Shown piece by piece: positions 57,234-64,000 of a DNA stretch of 64,000 nucleotides. The stretch is from contig CAVTTN010000002.1 of the NCBI GenBank assembly GCA_963737655.1, positions 1,472,001 to 1,536,000 on the forward strand. Reading direction: 5' to 3'. Made by a program: the position numbers and the translations under genes. Under the pieces are notes generated by a model. That model ran no database searches, was not told where the DNA came from, and was given only the letters and a program-made list of their open reading frames with translations. Numbering within the stretch: the stretch's first letter is position 1; each line of letters opens with the position of its first letter. This stretch comes from an uncultured Planctomycetota bacterium. Lineage in GTDB: Bacteria; Planctomycetota; Planctomycetia; Isosphaerales; Isosphaeraceae.

Positions 57234-57893
57234 ATGAGCGCTGCTTCAAAGCCGAGGGCGAGCGACGATGAAATTCTCCTGTTGATCTCAATTCGTCGGC
57301 GGACCGCTTGGGAGTCGATGCGGCAGATCGTGGAAGGCTTTGGAACGCCGCCCCATACGGTCCCTACTATTGATCTCCTTAATAATTATTTTGTGAACAA
57401 TGTTTTCTTTGTCGAATTGATGTTGAAATTGTTGTCAGGTAACTGGAAGTCGCACGATGTTGGCTCAATGTACCATTCCGTCTTTGAAAAACCCCATCAG
57501 TCGCCCCAGTTGATGAAAAACATCAAGGAGGCGATTATAAACCAAAAATACCTCTTTGAGCCCGCCTTGGGCTTGAGTGACAGCGTGCCAGAGTTGGAGG
57601 CACTACACGACGAGGTTCGGGCAAGGATTAAACAGAAGTTTCCCGATTTTTCCGTCAAGGCAACGGTTTCCCTCCCTAACAACTTCACGAAGTACATCCA
57701 GGACCATGCCGATAGGTTTTGCCGACTTCAATCGCCAACTTTCGGCCCACACAATCCTCCCCCCTCAGACTTCTGGGAAAAACATATCGCTGAATCGCAC
57801 GGTCAGCTCCAGCAAGTTCGCCAGGCATTCAAGAGTCATGGTGAAAAGCAAAAGACGTTCGACTTTATGACTCACATTGAGTCCCTGACGTAA
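57234..57893 (+). CDS. Low-GC inserted gene with HEPN-like motifs
   Basis: VELMLKLL..SHDVGSMY and QKYLFE; AT-rich codons. Confidence 0.55.
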   Translation: MSAASKPRASDDEILLLISIRRRTAWESMRQIVEGFGTPPHTVPTIDLLNNYFVNNVFFVELMLKLLSGNWKSHDVGSMYHSVFEKPHQSPQLMKNIKEAIINQKYLFEPALGLSDSVPELEALHDEVRARIKQKFPDFSVKATVSLPNNFTKYIQDHADRFCRLQSPTFGPHNPPPSDFWEKHIAESHGQLQQVRQAFKSHGEKQKTFDFMTHIESLT

Positions 57894-57908
57894 TTTGGAA
57901 GCCAAGCA

Positions 57909-60900
57909 ATGTCCATCGCCCGCCACCATGCCGAATGGCTCTCGCTCGTGCCGGTCTCGGGGCCGTTCCTGAGTCTCCCGGTGCTGATGGAGGCGTTCAA
58001 CGCCGGTCTGGAGCCCCACGACCCGGATCATTCCCGACTGCTGCGCCAGGAGTACGGGAACTGGCTGGAGGCGGTGGAGAAGCGGCGGGGCGACCCGGCA
58101 CCGCATCAGCAGTGGATCAGGTTCGTCCTGGGTGGGACGCTCGGCCTGGACGACCAGACGCTCGTCGAGGGGCAGGCGATCCCGCAGACGTTGCAGGTGG
58201 AGGTTCCCGAGCATCACGAGTTGCTGAGGCCCAGCCTCGTCGTGGTCGATCCGGGGACGAAGACGCCTCGGATGCTGGTGAAGACGTATCCGAGGTCGCA
58301 GGAACTCACCAGTTACGTGGCCGGGTCGCCGTGGAAGGCTTCGCCGGATACCCGGATGACGGAGTTGCTCCACGGGACGGGCGTGCGGCTGGGGCTGGTC
58401 ACTAACGGCGAGCACTGGATGCTGGTGGATGCCCCGAAGGGGGAGACCACCGGGTATGCCTCGTGGTATGCGAACCTCTGGCTGGATGAGCCGATCACGT
58501 TGCGGGCGTTTCGGAGTTTGCTGGGGTCGGATCGGTTCTTCAACGTCGAGGACGACAAGACGCTCGAAGCGTTGTTGAAGAAGAGTGCCTCGAACCAGCA
58601 GGAGGTCACCGAGCAGCTCGGCTATCAGGTGCGGCGGGCGGTCGAGGTGCTGATCCACTCGCTCGACCGGGCCGACCAGGACTTTGGACGGGAGCTGCTG
58701 GCCGGGGTGAAGGAGGGGGTGCTCTACGAGTCGGCGCTGACGGTCATGATGCGGCTCGTGTTCCTGTTCTGTGCCGAGGAGCGGGAGCTGATCCCCAGCA
58801 AGCCGTTCCCGGTCTACGAGCAGAACTACTCCGTCTCGATGATCAGCAAGCAGTTGCGGGAGCTGGCCGACCAGCACGGCGAGGAGCTGCTCGAACGACG
58901 GTTTGACGCATGGCCCCGGCTCCTGGCGGCGTTCCGGGCGGTCTTCGGGGGGCTGGAGCACGACGACGCCCACATCCCGGCCTACGGGGGTAGCCTGTTC
59001 AACCCCGACCGCTTCCCGTTCCTCGAAGGCCGCAAGGCGGAGACGACCTGGCGGGACGACGAGACGAGTCCGCTGCCGGTCAACAACCGAACGGTGCTGC
59101 ACCTGCTTGAGGCCCTCCAACTCTTGCAGATCCGGGTTCCGGGGGGCGGCCCCGCCGAGGCACGGCGGGTCAGCTTCCGGGCGCTGGACATCGAGCAGAT
59201 CGGCCACGTCTACGAGGGCCTCCTGGATCACACCGCCAAGCGTGCGGGCGAGCCGTATCTGGGGCTGGCGGGGACTCGGGACAAGGAGCCGGAGATCACG
59301 CTGGCCGAGCTGGAGCGGCTGGCGGCGAATGGGGAGGCCGATCTGGTCAAGTTCCTCAAGGAGGAGACGGGCCGGTCGGAGTCCGCCCTCAAGAAGGGGC
59401 TCAAGGCCGAGATCGACGACGGGCTCGCCCGCCTCTTTTGGACCGCCTGCCAGGGGGACGAGGCGTTGTGGGGGCGGGTACGGCCGTTCGTCGGTCTGGT
59501 GCGGCTCGACAACTTAGGCTACCCGGTCGTCATCCCGAAGGGGAGCGTCTTCGTCACGGCGGGGACCGACCGCCGCAGTTCGGGCACGCACTACACGCCC
59601 CGCAGCCTCACGGAGCCGATCGTCCAGTACACGCTGGAGCCGCTAGTCTACTTCGGCCCGGCGGAAGGCATTCCGAAGGAGGAGTGGACGCTCCGGCCGG
59701 CGGCCGAACTGCTCGACCTGAAGGTCTGCGACATGGCGTGCGGGTCGGGGGCGTTCCTGGTCCAGGCGTGCCGCTACTTGTCGGAGCGGCTGGTGGAGGC
59801 GTGGGAGGAGGCCGAGGCACGGCATCCGGGGGTGCCGGGGATCACGCCCGAGGGGCACGCCTCGACGGGCCAGCCGGGGGAGATGCTGATCCCGAACGAG
59901 CCGGAGGAGCGGCTGGCCTACGCCCGGCGGCTGGTGGCCCAGCAATGCCTCTACGGCGTGGACAAGAACCCGCTCGCCGCCGAGATGGCCAAGCTGTCGC
60001 TGTGGCTGCTGACCCTGGCCAAGGACAAGCCGTTCACGTTCCTCGACCACGCCATCCGGTCCGGCGACTCGCTTGTGGGCATCTCGACGACCAACCAGTT
60101 GACGACCTTCTCGCTGAACGAGCAAGGGACCTCGACCCTCGGCGGCATCCTCATCAAGAAGCTGGACGCCCTCAAGCTGTTGCGAGAACAACTGGCCCAC
60201 CTGCCGAACAACGACGCCGCCGACGTCGAGCGGAAGGAGCGGATGTTCGGCCACGTCCAGGATCAGACCAAACGCCTGACCTATGCGGCCGACCTCCTGA
60301 TGGCAGCGTCCTGGAAGTCGATGCGGATCGAGGAACGGGAGCAACGCCTGAAGGAGACGCTATTTCAAGTCGATTACCGCATTAAGGAAGTAGACGCTGA
60401 GGAACTGGACGGAGAAGCCCGAGAAGCGTTGCGGAAGGAAGGAGTTCCCGCCCCGTTCCACTGGCCGCTGGAGTTCCCGGAGGCCCTCTTGCGAAAGGGG
60501 AAGCCGGGGTTCGACTGCTTCATCGGCAATCCGCCATTCATGGGAGGCCGATACATCAGTGGTGGCTTGGGGGAAGGCTACTTGGATTATCTGAAATCCT
60601 TCCTTGTATCAGACGTCAAGGGAAACTCGGATATTGTCGCCTACTTTTACACCAGGGCGCATTGCCTACTTCGTACCGGCGGCATTACGGGCTATGTCGG
60701 GACAAAGACTATTACGGAGGGTGACACCCTAGACGTCGGTCTGGCTAGGCTTGAACACAACGGTGCCGATTTCTTCTCAGCAGTGACATCTCGGAAGTGG
60801 CCCGGTTCCGCCTCAGTTATCTATGTGGCATTCCACTGGACGAAAGGTGAATGGCGAGGGCGACGAGACCTTGACGGGAAATCAGTAGATTACATAGGAC

Positions 60901-61952
60901 CGCAGCTTAATGGCATGCTTACCCTTAAGCCAATGAAACTGGCTCAAATGGTACGCTCGTATCAGGGTTCATACGTCCATGGCATGGGGTTTTTCCTGTC
61001 TGCTGATCAAAAATCGGCCATCATCGAGGCCGACGAACGCAGTGCGGGATGCATTTATCCTTGTTTGACTGCGAGCGAGTTCAACTCCTCTCCGACAATG
61101 CTTGGCGACAGGTTCGTTATTTACTTCGCTGACGCCACGGAAGAAGAAGCTGCTGCCTTCGGCGCAGCTTTTCGTCACGTCGAAGCTAACGTGAAGCCTG
61201 ATAGATTGAAAGTTGAAGGCTATTCTCTCGGGAAATACTGGTGGAGGTTCAAGTTTCCAACGGTGCCTTTGTACAAAGATATTTGGAAGGAACAGTCTGT
61301 TCTTGTTTGTCCTGTAGTGACAAAATATCTATCCTTTGCCTGGATTCCTTCCAGATTGGTCCTGCTAAACAAGATGTTTGCGTTCGTTGGTACATCAAAT
61401 AAGCATTTTGCCACACTTCAGAGTAGCCTCTACGATGTCTGGGCGAGGCATTGGTCGGGAAGCCTCGGCGAGACTTTGCAGTTCGCTCCCAGCGATTGTT
61501 TCGACAACTTTCCTTTTGCGTTTGATGACCTTGAAACCGAGCGAATCGCCGTCGATTATCATCTTCACAGAAGCAGCCTAATGCTTCGGGACCAAGAGGG
61601 TCTTACCAAGACCTACAACCGCTACCACACCCCCACCGAATCAGCCGACGGCATCCGGCATCTTCGAGACCTCCACGTCGAGATGGACCGGGCCGTCGCC
61701 GCCGCCTACGGCTGGTCCGACCTCGACCTCGGCCACGGCTTCCACGAGACGAAGCAGGGCCTCCGCTTCACGATCAGCGAGCCGGCCCGCCGTGACGTCC
61801 TCGCTCGCCTGCTTCGGCTGAACCACGAGCGGTACGCCGAGGAGGTCAAGCGGGGCCTCCACGCCAAGAAGAAGGCCAAGGCCCCCTCGGGTAAGCGGGG
61901 CAAGGCCAAGGCGGCGTCCGACGGCCCCGGCCTCTTCGACGAGGAGGGCTGA
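57909..61952 (+). CDS. drmMI: DISARM class I adenine methyltransferase DrmMI (Eco57I/type IIG-like)
   Basis: HHAEWLSLVPVSGPFL, GTHYTPR, DMACGSGAFL, GNPPF, LRLNHERYAEE. Confidence 0.85.
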   Translation: MSIARHHAEWLSLVPVSGPFLSLPVLMEAFNAGLEPHDPDHSRLLRQEYGNWLEAVEKRRGDPAPHQQWIRFVLGGTLGLDDQTLVEGQAIPQTLQVEVPEHHELLRPSLVVVDPGTKTPRMLVKTYPRSQELTSYVAGSPWKASPDTRMTELLHGTGVRLGLVTNGEHWMLVDAPKGETTGYASWYANLWLDEPITLRAFRSLLGSDRFFNVEDDKTLEALLKKSASNQQEVTEQLGYQVRRAVEVLIHSLDRADQDFGRELLAGVKEGVLYESALTVMMRLVFLFCAEERELIPSKPFPVYEQNYSVSMISKQLRELADQHGEELLERRFDAWPRLLAAFRAVFGGLEHDDAHIPAYGGSLFNPDRFPFLEGRKAETTWRDDETSPLPVNNRTVLHLLEALQLLQIRVPGGGPAEARRVSFRALDIEQIGHVYEGLLDHTAKRAGEPYLGLAGTRDKEPEITLAELERLAANGEADLVKFLKEETGRSESALKKGLKAEIDDGLARLFWTACQGDEALWGRVRPFVGLVRLDNLGYPVVIPKGSVFVTAGTDRRSSGTHYTPRSLTEPIVQYTLEPLVYFGPAEGIPKEEWTLRPAAELLDLKVCDMACGSGAFLVQACRYLSERLVEAWEEAEARHPGVPGITPEGHASTGQPGEMLIPNEPEERLAYARRLVAQQCLYGVDKNPLAAEMAKLSLWLLTLAKDKPFTFLDHAIRSGDSLVGISTTNQLTTFSLNEQGTSTLGGILIKKLDALKLLREQLAHLPNNDAADVERKERMFGHVQDQTKRLTYAADLLMAASWKSMRIEEREQRLKETLFQVDYRIKEVDAEELDGEAREALRKEGVPAPFHWPLEFPEALLRKGKPGFDCFIGNPPFMGGRYISGGLGEGYLDYLKSFLVSDVKGNSDIVAYFYTRAHCLLRTGGITGYVGTKTITEGDTLDVGLARLEHNGADFFSAVTSRKWPGSASVIYVAFHWTKGEWRGRRDLDGKSVDYIGPQLNGMLTLKPMKLAQMVRSYQGSYVHGMGFFLSADQKSAIIEADERSAGCIYPCLTASEFNSSPTMLGDRFVIYFADATEEEAAAFGAAFRHVEANVKPDRLKVEGYSLGKYWWRFKFPTVPLYKDIWKEQSVLVCPVVTKYLSFAWIPSRLVLLNKMFAFVGTSNKHFATLQSSLYDVWARHWSGSLGETLQFAPSDCFDNFPFAFDDLETERIAVDYHLHRSSLMLRDQEGLTKTYNRYHTPTESADGIRHLRDLHVEMDRAVAAAYGWSDLDLGHGFHETKQGLRFTISEPARRDVLARLLRLNHERYAEEVKRGLHAKKKAKAPSGKRGKAKAASDGPGLFDEEG

Positions 61953-61955
61953 CCA

Positions 61956-63803
61956 TTGGACGTGTCGGAGTTGCTCAAGGCCCTCCCGCTCGGCGAGGAG
62001 AAGGACTGGGAGTTCAAGTCGGCCAGAGGTGGCGTCCCCCGCAGCATGTGGGAGACCTACTCGGCGATGGCCAACACGGACGGCGGCTGCATCGTCCTGG
62101 GCGTCGAGAACGACGGCTCGGTGAGCGGGCTCGCCAACCCGGCTCAGACGAAGAAGACGTTCTGGGACACGCTCAATGACCGGGGCAAGGTCAGCGTCAA
62201 CCTCCTCTCCGATGAGGACGCCCAGGCCGTCTCGGTCGGCGGCAAGTCCGTCCTGATGGTCCGGGTCCCGAGGGCCGATCGTCGTAAGCGGCCCGTGTAT
62301 GTCGGCCTGAACCCGCTGACCGGGACGTACCGGCGGAACTACGAGGGCGACTACCACTGCACGCCCGACGAGGTGGGCCGGATGCTCGCCGACCAGGCCG
62401 AGGAGCCGGCCGATAGCCGCATCCTGGAGCACTTCGGCCTCGATGACCTGGACGAGGCCAGCTTGCAGCAGTACCGCCAGCGGTTCTCGGCCCGAGCCCC
62501 GACCCACGCCTGGCTGTCCACGGACCCGAAGGTGTTCCTCGCCAAGCTCGGTGCCTGGCGGAAGGACCGGGCGACCAAGCAGGAGGGGCTGACCGTCGCC
62601 GGCCTGCTCATGTTTGGCAAGGACGAGGCCATCCGTGATCCCGCCGCCCTTCCCGGCTACCACCTCGATTACCGGGAGAAGCTCTCGACCGACCCGAGCG
62701 AGCGCTGGACCGATCGCCTGACGATCGACGGCACCTGGGTCGCCAACCTGTTCCAGTTCTACCAGCGGGTCGTGCAGCGGCTCACCGCCGACTTGAAGAT
62801 CCCGTTCCAACTGGAGGCGAACCTCGCCCGCAAGGACTTCACGATCGTCCACGAGGCCATCCGGGAGGCCCTGGCGAACGCCCTCATCCACGCCGACTAT
62901 CGGGGCCAGGGCGGCGTCGTGATCGAGAAGTACCGGGACCGCTTCGAGCTTTCGAACCCCGGCCCGCTGCTGCTCTCCCTCGACCAAATCTGGGCCGGGA
63001 GCGTCAGCGAATGCCGCAACAAGTCCCTCCAAAAAATGTTCTTCATGATCGGTGGCGGCGAGCAGGCCGGCTCGGGGATCGACAAGATCCGCCAGGGCTG
63101 GCAGTCGCAGCACTGGCGTCTTCCGAGCATCCGTGAGCAGGTCCAGCCCGACCGGGTGCGGGTCATCCTGCCGATGGTCAGCCTCCTGCCGGAAGATTCC
63201 CTGCGACGTCTCCGTAAGGTCTTTGGTGCCAAGTTCAACCGGCTGAATAGCGCCGAGGTCCAGGCCCTCGTGACCGCCGAACTCGAAGGTTCGGTCTCGA
63301 ACCGCCGCCTCCAGGAGATATGTGAGGAGCACCCCGCCGACCTGACGAAGCGCCTGCACGGGCTCGTGGCCAGGGGATTCCTGCGGCAGGACGGCCAGAA
63401 ACGGACGTCCTATCGCCTGCCGGGCTCTCCCGATCAGCGGCCCTTCGGGTTGTTACATTCGGGGACCGACTCCTCACACAAGGGGGACTCCTCACACAAC
63501 GGGCCGGAGGACTTGTCACACAAGCTGGACGAGCTTCCGCCCAAGGTGCTGGCGAAGCTGAAGGCGTTCGCCGCCCCGGCCCAGCAGAGCCCCCGCCTCC
63601 CCGTTGAGGAGACCCGCAAGGTCATCCAGCAGCTTTGCGAAGGGCGTTACTTCACGGCGGCGGACCTCGCCCAGTTGATGAATCGGAACCCGAACAGCCT
63701 GCGGAACCGCTTCCTCACGCCCATGGTCGATGAGGGCCTCCTGGAGCGGAAGTATTCGGAGGAGCCCAATCGGCCGGACCAGGCGTATACCACGAAGCGG
63801 TGA
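61956..63803 (+). CDS. AlbA_2/Schlafen-like domain + HATPase_c_4 + winged-helix protein
   Basis: WEFKSA, ETYSAMANTDGG, REALANALIHADY, SNPG, CRN, GSGI; start may be TTG 61957-region. Confidence 0.85.
   Translation: MDVSELLKALPLGEEKDWEFKSARGGVPRSMWETYSAMANTDGGCIVLGVENDGSVSGLANPAQTKKTFWDTLNDRGKVSVNLLSDEDAQAVSVGGKSVLMVRVPRADRRKRPVYVGLNPLTGTYRRNYEGDYHCTPDEVGRMLADQAEEPADSRILEHFGLDDLDEASLQQYRQRFSARAPTHAWLSTDPKVFLAKLGAWRKDRATKQEGLTVAGLLMFGKDEAIRDPAALPGYHLDYREKLSTDPSERWTDRLTIDGTWVANLFQFYQRVVQRLTADLKIPFQLEANLARKDFTIVHEAIREALANALIHADYRGQGGVVIEKYRDRFELSNPGPLLLSLDQIWAGSVSECRNKSLQKMFFMIGGGEQAGSGIDKIRQGWQSQHWRLPSIREQVQPDRVRVILPMVSLLPEDSLRRLRKVFGAKFNRLNSAEVQALVTAELEGSVSNRRLQEICEEHPADLTKRLHGLVARGFLRQDGQKRTSYRLPGSPDQRPFGLLHSGTDSSHKGDSSHNGPEDLSHKLDELPPKVLAKLKAFAAPAQQSPRLPVEETRKVIQQLCEGRYFTAADLAQLMNRNPNSLRNRFLTPMVDEGLLERKYSEEPNRPDQAYTTKR
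63468..63523 (+). repeat. Three intragenic 14-bp repeats encoding a DSSH linker
   Basis: GACTCCTCACACAA x2, GACTTGTCACACAA. Confidence 0.7.
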
Positions 63804-63813
63804 GGAGACGGCC

Positions 63814-64000
63814 TTGAGCGAAATCGTGTCAAATGCAGCTTCGTCATCGCAGCTCCGTGCCGAACTCGAAGCCATGGTCCTCGGCGACCTGCTCGGCCCG
63901 GCCGGTGGCGAGGACGAGGAGCTGACCGAACGCACGGTGCGGGACCGCTACCTCGTCGGCGTCCTGGCCCCGAGCCGATCCGGGACGACGGCCGCCAAAC
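63814..64000 (+). CDS. drmA: 5' end of DISARM helicase DrmA (truncated by window end)
   Basis: GAGGAG RBS, TTG start; DLLGPAGGEDEEL..VRDRYLVGVLAP. Confidence 0.75.
   Translation, partial: MSEIVSNAASSSQLRAELEAMVLGDLLGPAGGEDEELTERTVRDRYLVGVLAPSRSGTTAAK

Overview
GC-rich planctomycete DNA: the 16S gene carries the Pla46 signature GGATTAGGCATGCAAGTC, and family Isosphaeraceae is my inference. Bases 1-45.6 kb look like backbone: a linked 16S-23S-5S rRNA operon on the minus strand with no spacer tRNAs, metabolic and secreted-protein genes (three PEP-CTERM proteins, S8/FG-GAP protein, catalase, NDH-2), two Hanks kinases, an ECF sigma factor, a BCS1-like AAA ATPase, several REP-like palindrome families and a three-copy dispersed intergenic element. 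Beside the rrn operon sits an odd module: a ParB-DNA methyltransferase fusion plus two paralogous winged-helix Rep-like genes, one with 33-bp-periodic internal repeats. From tRNA-Lys(CTT) at 45.66 kb to the window end runs an integrated island: a capsid-less satellite-like core (broken tyrosine integrase, Toprim-DUF3987 primase, AlpA, RHH, HTH), fused fossils of hsdR and mrr, and a class I DISARM locus (drmD, drmMI, start of drmA) with two inserted accessory genes (HEPN-like; AlbA_2/Schlafen-HATPase). At least six single-base frameshifts may be long-read errors. All family calls come from motif recognition by eye; no searches were run.
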